64,000 bases of DNA from the human T2T-CHM13v2.0 reference genome, Homo sapiens: the NCBI RefSeq assembly GCF_009914755.1, contig NC_060946.1. The stretch is one strand, 5' to 3'. This document shows positions 40,301 to 58,300 of the stretch, piece after piece. A program made the translations under genes and the position numbers. The first letter of the stretch is position 1. Each line of letters opens with the position of its first letter. The notes beneath the pieces are model-generated. The model made no database searches, had not been told where the DNA came from, and saw only the letters and a program-made list of their open reading frames with translations.

Positions 40301-43300
40301 TAGATAATAAGGTATAATATAAACAATAATATATATGATTACATATGTATATAGTTTTATGTATAAAAATATAATTATATATATAATTAAATATATCATA
40401 TAATAGACAACGTACATATTATATAACGTATAATATATATTATACAATATATGATACATAATGTATGATATTTAATATATCATAATATAATATATATTTT
40501 AATATTATATATGTAACAAATATTATGTGATATATAAAATATATTATGTAATATAAAATAATATACTGTAATATATATTATATTATGATACAAAAATAAA
40601 GTATGTAATAACATTATACATAACATAATATATACTTACGTATATCATATAGTTATATATATTATATTACATATTTACGTATATTATACAGTTATATATA
40701 ATTTTAAATAGTTATATAGTATATAATATAAAACATATATATTATATATCATAAAATATATATTATATACCATATATATTATGTATCATATATTCTATGA
40801 TATATATCATATATTGTATATCTGTATCACATATTATATGTTATATATATCACATTCCACATATTGTATATTATAAATTATATATAATATATGACATACT
40901 TTATATTATATATAATATATAATACATTATAAGTAACATAGTACATATTATAAATAACTTGTATATTCTATGTAAAATATATAACATATAACATATATTA
41001 CATGTAATTAATAACAAAGACATATAATATATATTTTATATAAGTATAATACATACAATGTATTATATATAATATATAATATATATTACCTGTATGTCAT
41101 AAAATAGAATATATAATATATGTCATATTTTACATATACGATTATATATTATTATATGTAATTTTATATTATATATAACATAGATATTATATATATATTA
41201 TATGTAGTGTGTATTATATATAACATAGATATAATATATATAACATATGAAATGTATATTACATATTTAATACCTATATTAACCATATAATATATTCTAT
41301 ATATGAAATATAATATATCTTATATATGTCATAAAATATAACATATATTATGTGTCATATTGTATAAATATAATGCTTATCTATTATCAATTATTATATT
41401 ACATGTAATATATATAATATAAGACGCAGGATGTAAAACAATATTATATATATGTTATATGTATTATATATACGATACTGTATATTATTATGTACATAAT
41501 AAATATATATATTTGTGGGTGCCCTATTCCCCATCTGATAACTTGTTGTAAGAAGCACAGCGTAATAATGTGTGGGCTTGGGATTCTGTTTTTGTAACAA
41601 AACACTTAGCCTTCAATGACCTTTCAGTCTCTGTAAAAGCACTCCTGTCTTCCTGGCAACTGTTGGACCTCACAATGTGCATTGTGCCCTCACCCTGCAA
41701 TGTTGATGCCCTATCGCCATGGTGACGTGATTAGGGATCTCCTGCTCTTGGTCCTAAGGGCCACTGTCTGTGCTGTGTTTTCCAAAGGTCAGAACAGATT
41801 GAACCTTTGTGGTTTTATTTTCCCTGAGTTTGAATTTTCTCATGGGGAACCTGTGTTGCTGCTTTGAAGGTATATTCATACGGGCCTTTCAAATGCCAAC
41901 TCTTCATATTACTAGTTAATGCTTTCAAAATATGTTATTTAAAAAATTATCCTCTGTATTGTCCATATGCAGTTATAAATACGTTTCATGGTTATGTTTT
42001 ATTCCTCTGTTTACATATTTGATTATTGTACCAAGCAGAGTACCTTTGAAATGTTTTTCCATTTAAAAAATATGAATCTTGGCTCAGGCCTGTAACCCCA
42101 GCAAATTTGGAGGCCAAGGCAAGGGGATCACAAGGTGAAGAGATCAACACCATCCTGGCCAATACAGTGAAACGCTGTCGCTACTAAAAATCCAAACAAC
42201 AAGCTAGGCATGGTGGCAGCTGGTGTAGTCCCAGTGTGGTGTAGTCCCACCTACCTGGGAGGATGAGGGAGAAGGATCGCTTGAACCCCTGAGGCAGATG
42301 TTGCAGTGAGCAAAGATGGCGCCATTGTACTTCACCCTGTGAAACACGACAAGTCTCTGTCTGAAAAAAAATTATATATGGTATATACTATATGTTATGG
42401 AATATGCTTTATATGTAATATATAACCTCATATATATTATATGTCATAATACATAATATTTATCCTATGTCATCTTACATATATTATGTATATTACATAA
42501 CGTATATAATATATAATACATATTATGCATCTTAAATATGAAAATATATAATTATTGATAACATTACATATAGTTATATATAATACGATATATAACGTAT
42601 ATACTATATCATATGTGATATTTAATATATATATTTTTATTACATATTATAATTTATATATATTACAATTTATATAAAGATATAATTATTTATGTAATAT
42701 AAATAATTATATATAATTATATAATGAGGTATAATATAAATAATAATATATACGATTACATATTTATGTAGTTATCTGTATAAAAATATAATTATATATA
42801 TAATTATATATATCATATCATAGACAACATACATATTATATAATGTATAATATATATTATACAATATATGATACATATATGATATTTAATATATCATAAT
42901 AGAATATATATTTTAATATTATGTATGTAACATATATTATGTGATATATAATATATATTATGTAATATAAAATAATATAATATAATATATATTATATTAT
43001 GATATATTATGTAAAGTAAGTAATAAAATTACATATAACATAATATATAGTTATGTATAATATAACGTATAATTATATACGTTATAGTTTATATGTACAT
43101 ATAATATACAGTTATATATAATTTTGAATAGTTACATATAATGTAATATAAAACATATATAATATATATCATAAAATATATATTTTATACCATATATAAT
43201 ATGTATCATATATTGTGTGTTATATGTCATATATTGTATGTCATATATCGTATGTTATATGTTATATATATCACATTCCACATATTGTGTATTATAAATT

Positions 43301-46300
43301 ATATATAATATATGACATACATTACATTATATTTGATATATTATACATTATATGTAACATAGTATATATTATATGTAACATGTATATTCTATGGAAAATA
43401 TATAATATATAACATATATTACATATAATTAATGACATAGACATATAATATATATTTAATATATGTATTATACACACAACATTTTGTATATAATATATAA
43501 CATATATTACATAAAAGTCATAAAATATATTATATATTGTATGTCATATTTTACATTTACAGTTATATATTATTATATGTTATTTTATCTCATATATAAC
43601 ATAGAAACAATATATATTATATATAATGTATATTATATATAACATAGATATAATAGATATAATATATGTAAGGTATATTATATATTTAATACGTATATTA
43701 ACCATATAATATATTCTATATATGAAATATGATATATCTTATATATGTCATAAAATATAACATATATTATGTGTCATATTGTGTAAATATAATGCTTATC
43801 TATTATCAATTATTATATGACATATAATATATATAATATAAGACGCAGGATGTAAAACAATATTATATATATGTTATATGTATTATATATACGATACTAT
43901 ATATTATTATATACATAATGTATATTTATATTTGTGGGTGCCCTATTCCCCATCTGATAACTTGTTGTAAGAAGCGCAGCGTAATAATGTGTGGGCTTGG
44001 GATTCTGTTTTTGAAACAAAACACTGAGCCTTCAATGACCTTTCGGTCTCTGTAAAAGCACTCCTGTCTTCCTGGCAGCTGTTGGACCTCACAATGTGGA
44101 TTTTGCCCTCACCCTGCAATGTTGATGCCCTATCGCCATGGTGACGGGATTAGGGATCTCCTGCTCTTGGTCCTAAGGGCCACTGTCTGTGCTGTGTTTT
44201 CCAAAGGTCAGAACAGATTGAACCTTTGTGGTTTTATTTTCCCTGAGTTTGATTTTTCTCATGGGGAACCTGTGTTGCTGCTTTGAACGTATATTCATAC
44301 TGGCCTTTCAAATGCCAACTCTTCATATTACTAGTTAATGCTTTCAAAATATGTTATTTAAAAAATGATCCTCAGTATTGTCCATATGCAGTTATAAATA
44401 CGTTTCATGGTTATGTTTTATTCCTCAGTTTACATATTTGATTATTGTACCAAGCAGAGTACCTTTGAAATGTTTTTCCATTTAAAAAATATGAATCTTG
44501 GCTCAGGCCTGTAATCCCAGCAAATTTGGAGGCCAAGGCAAGGGGATCACAAGGTGAAGAGATCAAGACCATCCTGGCCAATACAGTGAAACGCTGTCAC
44601 TACTAAAAATCCAAAAAACAAGCTAGGCATGGTGGCAGCTGGTGTAGTCCCAGTGTGGTGTAGTCCCAGCTACCTGGGAGGCTGAGGGAGGACGATCGGT
44701 TGAACCCGTGAGGCAGATGTTGCAGTGAGCAAAGATGGCGCCATTGTACTTCACCCTGTGAAACACAAGACTCTGTCTGAAAAAAAATTATATATGGTAT
44801 GTACTATATGTTATGGAATATGCTTTATATGTAATATATAACCTCATATATATTATATGTCATAATACATAATATTTATCCTATGTCATCTTATATATAG
44901 TATGTATATTACATAACGTATATAGTATATAATACATATTATGCATCTTAAATATGAAAATATATAATTATTGATAACATAACATATAGTTATATATAAT
45001 ATGATATATAACGTATATACTATATCATATGTGATATATAATATATATATTTTAATTACATATTATGATTTATATATATTATAATTTATATAAAGATATA
45101 ATTATTTATGTAATATAAATAATTATATATAATTACATAATGAGGTATAATATAAATAATAATATATACGATTACATATTTATGTAGTTATCTGTATAAA
45201 AATATAATTATATATATAATTATATATATCATATCATAGACAACATACATATTATATAATGTATAATATATATTATACAATATATGATACATATATGATA
45301 TTTAATATATCATAATAGAATATATATTTTAATATTATGTATGTAACATATATTATGTGATATATAATATATATTATGTAAAATAAAATAATATAATATA
45401 ATATATATTATATTATGATATATTATGTAAAGTAAGTAATAAAATTACATATAACATAATATATAGTTATGTATAATATAACGTATAATTATATACGTTA
45501 TATTTTATATGTACATATAATATTATACAGTTATATATAATTTTGAATAGTTACATATAATGTAATATAAAACATATATAATGTATATCATAAAATATAT
45601 ATTTTATACCATATATAATATGTATCATATATTGTGTGTTATATGTCATATATTGTATATCATATATCGTATGTTATATGTTATATATATCACATTCCAC
45701 ATATTGTGTATTATAAATTATATATAATATATGACATACATTACATTATATTTGATAAATTATACATTATATGTAACATAGTACATATTATATGTAACAT
45801 GTATATTCTATGGAAAATATATAATATATAACATATATTACATATAATTAATGACATAGACATATAATATATATTTAATATATGTATTATACATACAACA
45901 TATTGTATATAATATATAACATATATTACATAAAAGTCATAAAATATATTATATATTGTATGTCATATTTTACATTTACAGTTATATATTATTATATGTT
46001 ATTTTATCTCATATATAACATAGAAACAATATATATTATATATAATGTATATTATATATAACATAGATATAATAGATATAATATATGTAAGGTATATTAT
46101 ATATTTAATACGTATATTAACCATATAATATATTCTATATATGAAATATAATATATCTTATATATGTCATAAAATATAACGTATATTATGTGTCATATTG
46201 TATAAATATAATGCTTATCTATTATCAATTATTATATGACATATAATATATATAATATAAGACGCAGGATGTAAAACAATATTATATATATGTTATATGT

Positions 46301-49300
46301 ATTATATATACGATACTATATATTATTATATACATAATGTATATTTATATTTGTGGGTGCCCTATTCCCCATCTGATAACTTGTTGTAAGAAGCGCAGCG
46401 TAATAATGTGTGGGCTTGGGATTCTGTTTTTGAAACAAAACACTGAGCCTTCAATGACCTTTCGGTCTCTGTAAAAGCACTCCTGTCTTCCTGGCAGCTG
46501 TTGGACCTCACAATGTGGATTGTGCCCTCACCCTGCAATGTTGATGCCCTATCGCCATGGTGACGGGATTAGGGATCTCCTGCTCTTGGTCCTAAGGGCC
46601 ACTGTGTGTGCTGTGTTTTCCAAAGGTCAGAACAGATTGAACCTTTGTGGTTTTATTTTCCCTGAGTTTGATTTTCCTCATGGGGAACCTGTGTTGCTGC
46701 TTTGAACGTATATTCATACTGGCCTTTCAAATGCCAACTCTTCATATTACTAGTTAATGCTTTCAAAATATGTTATTTAAAAAATGATCCTCAGTATTGT
46801 CCATATGCAGTTATAAATACGTTTCATGGTTATGTTTTATTCCTCAGTTTACATATTTGATTATTGTACCAAGCAGAGTACCTTTGAAATGTTTTTCCAT
46901 TTAAAAAATATGAATCTTGGCTCAGGCCTGTAACCCCAGCAAATTTGGAGGCCAAGGCAAGGGGATCACAAGGTGAAGAGATCAAGACCATCCTGGCCAA
47001 TACAGTGAAAGGCTGTCACTACTAAAAATCCAAAAAACTAGCTAGGCATGGTGGCAGCTGGTGTAGTCCCAGTGTGGTGTAGTCCCAGCTACCTGGGAGG
47101 CTGAGGGAGGACGATCGCTTGAAGCCGTGAGGCAGATGTTGCAGTGAGCAAAGATGGCGCCATTGTACTTCACCCTGTGAAACACAAGACTCTGTCTGAA
47201 AAAAAATTATATATGGTATATACTATATGTTATGGAATATGCTTTATATGTAATATATAACCTCATATATATTATATGTCATAATACATAATATTTATCC
47301 TATGTCATCTTATATATATTATGTATATTACATAACGTATATAATATATAATACATATTATGCATCTTAAATATGAAAATATATAATTATTGATAACATC
47401 ACATATAGTAATATATAATATGATATATAACGTATATACTATATCATATGTGATATATAATATATATATTTTTATTACATATTATAATTTATATATATTA
47501 TAATTTATATAAAGATATAATTATTTATGTAATATAAATAATTATATATAATTATATAATGAGGTATAATATAAATAATAATATATACGATTACATATTT
47601 ATGTAGTTATCTGTATAAAAACATAATTATATATATAATTATATATATCATATAATAGACAACATACATATTATATAATGTATAATATATATTATACAAT
47701 ATATGATACATATATGATATGTAATATATCATAATAGAATATATATTTTAATATTATGTATGTAACTTATATTATGTGATATATAATATATATTATGTAA
47801 TATAAAATAATATAATATAATATATATTATATTATGATATATTATGTAAATTAAGTAATATAATTACATATAACATAATATATAGTTATGTATAATATAA
47901 CGTATAATTATATACGTTATATTTTATATGTACATATAATATTATACAGTTATATATAATTTTGAATAGTTACATATAATGTAATATAAAACATATATAA
48001 TGTATATCATAAAATATATATTTTATACCATATATAATATGTATCATCTATTGTGTGTTATATGTCATATATTGTATATCATATATCGTATGTTATATGT
48101 TATATATATCACATTCCACATATTGTGTATTATAAATTATATATAATATATGACATACATTACATTATATTTGATAAATTATACATTATATGTAACATAG
48201 TATATATTATATGTAACATGTATATTCTATGGAAAATATATAATATATAACATATATTACATATAATTAATGACATAGACATATAATATATATTTAATAT
48301 ATGTATTATACATACAACATATTGTATATAATATATAACATATATTACATAAAATTCATAAAATATATTATATATTGTATGTCATATTTTACATTTACAG
48401 TTATATATTATTATATGTTATTTTATCTCATATATAACATAGAAACAATATATATTATATATAATGTATATTATATATAACATAGATATAATAGATATAA
48501 TATATGTAAGGTATATTATATATTTAATACGTATATTAATCATATAATATATTCTATATATGAAATATAATATATCTTATATATGTCATAAAATATAACG
48601 TATATTATGTGTCATATTGTATAAATATAATGCTTATCTATTATCAATTATTATATGACATATAATATATATAATATAAGACGCAGGATGTAAAACAATA
48701 TTATATATATGTTATATGTATTATATATACGATACTATATATTATTATATACATAATGTATATTTATATTTGTGGGTGCCCTATTCCCCATCTGATAACT
48801 TGTTGTAAGAAGCGCAGCGTAATAATGTGTGGGCTTGGGATTCTGTTTTTGAAACAAAACACTGAGCCTTCAATGACCTTTCGGTCTCTGTAAAAGCACT
48901 CCTGTCTTCCTGGCAGCTGTTGGACCTCACAATGTGGATTGTGCCCTCACCCTGCAATGTTGATGCCCTATCGCCATGGTGACGGGATTAGGGATCTCCT
49001 GCTCTTGGTCCTAAGGGCCACTGTGTGTGCTGTGTTTTCCAAAGGTCAGAACAGATTGAACCTTTGTGGTTTTATTTTCCCTGAGTTTGATTTTCCTCAT
49101 GGGGAACCTGTGTTGCTGCTTTGAACGTATATTCATACTGGCCTTTCAAATGCCAACTCTTCATATTACTAGTTAATGCTTTCAAAATATGTTATTTAAA
49201 AAATGATCCTCAGTATTGTCCATATGCAGTTATAAATACGTTTCATGGTTATGTTTTATTCCTCAGTTTACATATTTGATTATTGTACCAAGCAGAGTAC

Positions 49301-52300
49301 CTTTGAAATGTTTTTCCATTTAAAAAATATGAATCTTGGCTCAGGCCTGTAACCCCAGCAAATTTGGAGGCCAAGGCAAGGGGATCACAAGGTGAAGAGA
49401 TCAAGACCATCCTGGCCAATACAGTGAAAGGCTGTCACTACTAAAACTCCAAAAAACTAGCTAGGCATGGTGGCAGCTGGTGTAGTCCCAGTGTGGTGTA
49501 GTCCCAGCTACCTGGGAGGCTGAGGGAGGACGATCGCTTGAAGCCGTGAGGCAGATGTTGCAGTGAGCAAAGATGGCGCCATTGTACTTCACCCTGTGAA
49601 ACACAAGACTCTGTCTGAAAAAAAATTATATATGGTATATACTATATGTTATGGAATATGCTTTATATGTAATATATAACCTCATATATATTATATGTCA
49701 TAATACATAATATTTATCCTATGTCATCTTATATATATTATGTATATTACATAACGTATATAATATATAATACATATTATGCATCTTAAATATGAAAATA
49801 TATAATTATTGATAACATCACATATAGTTATATATAATATGATATATAACGTATATACTATATCATATGTGATATATAATATATATATTTTTATTACATA
49901 TTATAATTTATATATATTATAATTTATATAAAGATATAATTATTTATGTAATATAAATAATTATATATAATTATATAATGAGGTATAATATAAATAATAA
50001 TATATACGATTACATATTTATGTAGTTATCTGTATAAAAACATAATTATATATATAATTATATATATCATATAATAGACAACATACATATTATATAATGT
50101 ATAATATATATTATACAATACATGATACATATATGATATGTAATATATCATAATAGAATATATATTTTAATATTATGTATGTAACTTATATTATGTGATA
50201 TATAATATATATTATGTAATATAAAATAATATAATATAATAGATATTATATTATGATATATTATGTAAATTAAGTAATAAAATTACATATAACATAATAT
50301 ATAGTTATGTATAATATAACGTATAATTATATACGTTATATTTTATATGTACATATAATATTATACAGTTATATATAATTTTGAATAGTTACATATAATG
50401 TAATATAAAACATATATAATGTATATCATAAAATATATATTTTATACCATATATAATATGTATCATCTATTGTGTGTTATATGTCATATATTGTATATCA
50501 TATATCGTATGTTATATGTTATATATATCACATTCCACATATTGTGTATTATAAATTATATATAATATATGACATACATTACATTATATTTGATAAATTA
50601 TACATTATATGTAACATAGTTTATATTATATGTAACATGTATATTCTATGGAAAATATATAATATATAACATATATTACATATAATTAATGACATAGACA
50701 TATAATATATATTTAATATATGTATTATACATACAACATATTGTATATAATATATAACATATATTACATAAAAGTCATAAAATATATTATATATTGTATG
50801 TCATATTTTACATTTACAGTTATATATTATTATATGTTATTTTATCTCATATATAACATAGAAACAATATATATTATATATAATGTATATTATATATAAC
50901 ATAGATATAATAGATATAATATATGTAAGGTATATTATATATTTAATACGTATATTAACCATATAATATATTCTATATATGAAATATAATATATCTTATA
51001 TATGTCATAAAATATAACGTATATTATGTGTCATATTGTATAAATATAATGCTTATCTATTATCAATTATTATATGACATATAATATATATAATATAAGA
51101 CGCAGGATGTAAAACAATATTATATATATGTTATATGTATTATATATACGATACTATATATTATTATATACATAATGTATATTTATATTTGTGGGTGCCC
51201 TATTCCCCATCTGATAACTTGTTGTAAGAAGCGCAGCGTAATAATGTGTGGGCTTGGGATTCTGTTTTTGAAACAAAACACTGAGCCTTCAATGACCTTT
51301 CGGTCTCTGTAAAAGCACTCCTGTCTTCCTGGCAGCTGTTGGACCTCACAATGTGGATTGTGCCCTCACCCTGCAATGTTGATGCCCTATCGCCATGGTG
51401 ACGGGATTAGGGATCTCCTGCTCTTGGTCCTAAGGGCCACTGTGTGTGCTGTGTTTTCCAAAGGTCAGAACAGATTGAACCTTTGTGGTTTTATTTTCCC
51501 TGAGTTTGATTTTCCTCATGGGGAACCTGTGTTGCTGCTTTGAACGTATATTCATACTGGCCTTTCAAATGCCAACTCTTCATATTACTAGTTAATGCTT
51601 TCAAAATATGTTATTTAAAAAATGATCCTCAGTATTGTCCATATGCAGTTATAAATACGTTTCATGGTTATGTTTTATTCCTCAGTTTACATATTTGATT
51701 ATTGTACCAAGCAGAGTACCTTTGAAATGTTTTTCCATTTAAAAAATATGAATCTTGGCTCAGGCCTGTAACCCCAGCAAATTTGGAGGCCAAGGCAAGG
51801 GGATCACAAGGTCAAGAGATCAAGACCATCCTGGCCAATACAGTGAAAGGCTGTCACTACTAAAAATCCAAAAAACTAGCTAGGCATGGTGGCAGCTGGT
51901 GTAGTCCCAGTGTGGTGTAGTCCCAGCTACCTGGGAGGCTGAGGGAGGACGATCGCTTGAAGCCGTGAGGCAGATGTTGCAGTGAGCAAAGATGGCGCCA
52001 TTGTACTTCACCCTGTGAAACACAAGACTCTGTCTGAAAAAAAATTATATATGGTATATACTATATGTTATGGAATATGCTTTATATGTAATATATAACC
52101 TCATATATATTATATGTCATAATACATAATATTTATCCTATGTCATCTTATATATATTATGTATATTACATAACGTATATAATATATAATACATATTATG
52201 CATCTTAAATATGAAAATATATAATTATTGATAACATCACATATAGTTATATATAATATGATATATAACGTATATACTATATCATATGTGATATATAATA

Positions 52301-55300
52301 TATATATTTTTATTACATATTATAATTTATATATATTATAATTTATATAAAGATATAATTATTTATGTAATATAAATAATTATATATAATTATATAATGA
52401 GGTATAATATAAATAATAATATATACGATTACATATTTATGTAGTTATCTGTATAAAAACATAATTATATATATAATTATATATATCATATAATAGACAA
52501 CATACATATTATATAATGTATAATATATATTATACAATATATGATACATATATGATATGTAATATATCATAATAGAATATATATTTTAATATTATGTATG
52601 TAACTTATATTATGTGATATATAATATATATTATGTAATATAAAATAATATAATATAATATATATTATATTATGATATATTATGTAAAGTAAGTAATAAA
52701 ATTACATATAACATAATATATAGTTATGTATAATATAACGTATAATTATATACGTTATATTTTATATGTACATACAATATTATACAGTTATATATAATTT
52801 TGAATAGTTACATATAATGTAATATAAAACATATATAATGTATATCATAAAATATATATTTTATACCATATATAATATGTATCATATATTGTGTGTTATA
52901 TGTCATATATTGTATATCATATATCGTATGTTATATGTTATATATATCACATTCCACATATTGTGTATTATAAATTATATATAATATATGACATACATTA
53001 CATTATATTTGATAAATTATACATTATATGTAACATAGTACATATTATATGTAACATGTATATTCTATGGAAAATATATAATATATAACATATATTACAT
53101 ATAATTAATGACATAGACATATAATATATATTTAATATATGTATTATACATACAACATATTGTATATAATATATAACATATATTACATAAAAGTCATAAA
53201 ATATATTATATATTGTATGTCATATTTTACATTTACAGTTATATATTATTATATGTTATTTTATCTCATATATAACATAGAAACAATATATATTATATAT
53301 AATGTATATTATATATAACATAGATATAATAGATATAATATATGTAAGGTATATTATATATTTAATACGTATATTAACCATATAATATATTCTATATATG
53401 AAATATAATATATCTTATATATGTCATAAAATATAACGTATATTATGTGTCATATTGTATAAATATAATGCTTATCTATTATCAATTATTATATGACATA
53501 TAATATATATATTATAAGACGCAAGATGTAAAACAATATTATATATATGTTATATGTATCATATATACGATACTATATATGATTATATACATAATGTATA
53601 TTTATATTTGTGGGTGCCCTATTCCCCATCTGATAACTTGTTGTAAGAAGCGCAGCGTAATAATATGTGTGCTTGGGATTCTGTTTTTGAAACAAAACAC
53701 TGAGCCTTCAATGACCTTTCGGTCTCTGTAAAAGCACTCCTGTCTTCCTGGCAGCTGTTGGACCTCACAATGTGGATTGTGCCCTCACCCTGCAATGTTG
53801 ATGCCCTATCGCCATGGTGACGGGATTAGGGATCTCCTGCTCTTGGTCCTAAGGGCCACTGTCTGTGCTGTGTTTTCCAAAGGTCAGAACAGATTGAACC
53901 TTTGTGGTTTTATTTTCCCTGAGTTTGATTTTTCTCATGGGGAACCTGTGTTGCTGCTTTGAACGTATATTCATACTGGCCTTTCAAATGCCAACTCTTC
54001 ATATTACTAGTTAATGCTTTCAAAATATGTTATTTAAAAAATGATCCTCAGTATTGTCCACATGCAGTTATAAATACGTTTCATGGTTATGTTTTATTCC
54101 TCAGTTTACATATTTGATTATTGTACCAAGCAGAGTACCTTTGAAATGTTTTTCCATTTAAAAAATATGAATCTTGGCTCAGGCCTGTAACCCCAGCAAA
54201 TTTGGAGGCCAAGGCAAGGGGATCACAAGGTGAAGAGATCAAGACCATCCTGGCCAATACAGTGAAACGCTGTCACTACTAAAAATCCAAAAAATTAGCT
54301 AGGCATGGTGGCAGCTGGTGTAGTCCCAGTGTGGTGTAGTCCCAGCTACCTGGGAGGCTGAGGGAGGACGATCGCTTGAAGCCGTGAGGCAGATGTTGCA
54401 GTGAGCAAAGATGGCGCCATTGTACTTCACCCTGTGCAACAGGACAAGTCTCTGTCTGAAAAAAAATTATATATGGTATATACTATATGTTATGGAATAT
54501 GCTTTATATGTAATATATAACCTCATATATATTATATGTCATAATACATAATATTTATCCTATGTCATCTTATATATTATGTATATTACATAACGTATAT
54601 AATATATAATACAGATTATGCATCTTAAATATGAAAATATATAATTATTGATAACATAACATATAGTTATATATAATATGATATATAACGTATATACTAT
54701 ATCATATGTGATATATAATATATATATTTTTATTACATATTATAATTTATATATATTATAATTTATATAAAGATATAATTATTTATGTAATATAAATAAT
54801 TATATATAATTATATAATGAGGTATAATATAAATAATAATATATACGATTACATATTTATGTAGTTATCTGTATAAAAACATAATTATATATATAATTAT
54901 ATATATCATATATTAGACAACATACATATTATATAATGTATAATATATATTATACAATATATGATACATATATGATATTTAATATATCATAATAGAATAT
55001 ATATTTTAATATTATGTATGTAACATATATTATGTGATATATAATATATATAATGTAATATAAAATAATATAATATAAAATATATTATATTATGATATAT
55101 TATGTAAAGTAAGTAATAAAATTACATATAACATAATATATAGTTATGTATAATATAACGTATAATTATATACGTTATATTTTATATGTACATATAATAT
55201 TATACAGTTATATATAATTTTGAATAGTTACATATAATGTAATATAAAACATATATAATATATATCATAAAATATATATTTTATACCATATATAATATGT

Positions 55301-58300
55301 ATCATATATTGTGTGTTATATGTCATATATTGTATATCATATATCGTATGTTATATGTTATATATATCACATTCCACATATTGTGTATTATAAATTATAT
55401 ATAATATATGACATACATTACATTATATTTGATAAATTATACATTATATGTAACATAGTATATATTATATGTAACATGTATATTCTACGGAAAATATATA
55501 ATATATAACATATATTACATATAATTAATGACATAGACATATAATATATATTTAATATATGTATTATACATACAACATATTGTATATAATATATAACATA
55601 TATTACATAAAAGTCATAAAATATAATATATAGTATGTCATATTTTACATTTACAGTTATATATTATTATATGTTATTTTATCTCATATATAACATAGAA
55701 ACAATATATATTATATATAATGTATATTATATATAACATAGATATAATAGATATAATATATGTAAGTTATATTATATATTTAATACGTATATTAACCATA
55801 TAATATATTCTATATATGAAATATAATATATCTTACATGTGTCATAAAATATAACGTATATTATGTGTCATATTGTATAAATATAATGCTTATCTATTAT
55901 CAATTATTATATGACATATAATATATATATTATAAGACGCAAGATGTAAAACAATATTATATATATGTTATATGTATCATATATACGATACTATATATGA
56001 TTATATACATAATGTATATTTATATTTGTGGGTGCCCTATTCCCCATCTGATAACTTGTTGTAAGAAGCGCAGCGTAATAATGTGTGTGCTTGGGATTCT
56101 GTTTTTGAAACAAAACACTGAGCCTTCAATGCCCTTTCGGTCTCTGTAAAAGCACTCCTGTCTTCCTGGCAGCTGTTGGACCTCACAATGTTTATTGTGC
56201 CCTCACCCTGCAATGTTGATGCCCTATCGCCATGGTGACGGGATTAGGGATCTCCTGCTCTTGGTCCTAAGGGCCACTGTCTGTGCTGTGTTTTCCAAAG
56301 GTCAGAACAGATTGAACCTTTGTGGTTTTATTTTCCCTGAGTTTGATTTTTCTCATGGGGAACCTGTGTTGCTGCTTTGAACGTATATTCATACTGGCCT
56401 TTCAAATGCCAACTCTTCATATTACTAGTTAATGCTTTCAAAATATGTTATTTAAAAAATGATCCTCAGTATTGTCCACATGCAGTTATAAATACGTTTC
56501 ATGGTTATGTTTTATTCCTCAGTTTACATATTTGATTATTGTACCAAGCAGAGTACCTTTGAAATGTTTTTCCATTTAAAAAATATGAATCTTGGCTCAG
56601 GCCTGTAACCCCAGCAAATTTGGAGGCCAAGGCAAGGGGATCACAAGGTGAAGAGATCAAGACCATCCTGGCCAATACAGTGAAACGCTGTCACTACTAA
56701 AAATCCAAAAAATTAGCTAGGCATGGTGGCAGCTGGTGTAGTCCCAGTGTGGTGTATTCCCAGCTACCTGGGAGGCTGAGGGAGGACGATCGCTTGAAGC
56801 CGTGAGGCAGATGTTGCAGTGAGCAAAGATGGCGCCATTGTACTTCACCCTGTGCAACAGGACAAGTCTCTGTCTGAAAAAAAATTATATATGGTATATA
56901 CTATATGTTATGGAATATGCTTTATATGTAATATATAACCTCATATATATTATATGTCATAATACATAATATTTATCCTATGTCATCTTATATATTATGT
57001 ATATTACATAACGTATATAATATATAATACAGATTATGCATCTTAAATATGAAAATATATAATTATTGATAACATAACATATAGTTATATATAATATGAT
57101 ATATAACGTATATACTATATCATATGTGATATATAATATATATATTTTTATTACATATTATAATTTATATATATTATAATTTATATAAAGATATAATTAT
57201 TTATGTAATATAAATAATTATATATAATTATATAGTGAGGTATAATATAAATAATAATATATACGATTACATATTTATGTAGTTATCTGTATAAAAACAT
57301 AATTATATATATAATTATATATATCATATATTAGACATCATACATATTATATAATGTATAATATATATTATACAATATATGATACATATATGATATGTAA
57401 TATATCATAATAGAATATATATTTTAATATTATGTATGTAACATATATTATGTGATATATAATATATATAATGTAATATAAAATAATATAATATAAAATA
57501 TATTATATTATTATATATTATGTAAATTAAGTAATAAAATTACATATATCATAATATATAGTTATGTATAATATAACGTATAATTATATACGTTATATTT
57601 TATATGTACATATAATATTATACAGTTATATATAATTTTGAATAGTTACATATAATGTAATATAAAACATATATAATATATATCATAAAATATATATTTT
57701 ATACCATATATAATATGTATCATATATTGTGTGTTATATGTCATATATTGTATATCATATATCGTATGTTATATGTTATATATATCACATTCCACATATT
57801 GTGTATTATAAATTATATATAATATATGACATACATTACATTATATTTGATAAATTATACATTATATGTAACATAGTATATATTATATGTAACATGTATA
57901 TTCTACGGAAAATATATAATATATAACATATATTACATATAATTAATGACATAGACATATAATATATATTTAATATATGTATTATACATACAACATATTG
58001 TATATAATATATAACATATATTACATAAAAGTCATAAAATATAATATATAGTATGTCATATTTTACATTTACAGTTATATATTATTATATGTTATTTTAT
58101 CTCATATATAACATAGAAACAATATATATTATATATAATGTATATTATATATAACATAGATATAATAGATATAATATATGTAAGTTATATTATATATTTA
58201 ATACGTATATTAACCATATAATATATTCTATATATGAAATATAATATATCTTACATGTGTCATAAAATATAACGTATATTATGTGTCATATTGTATAAAT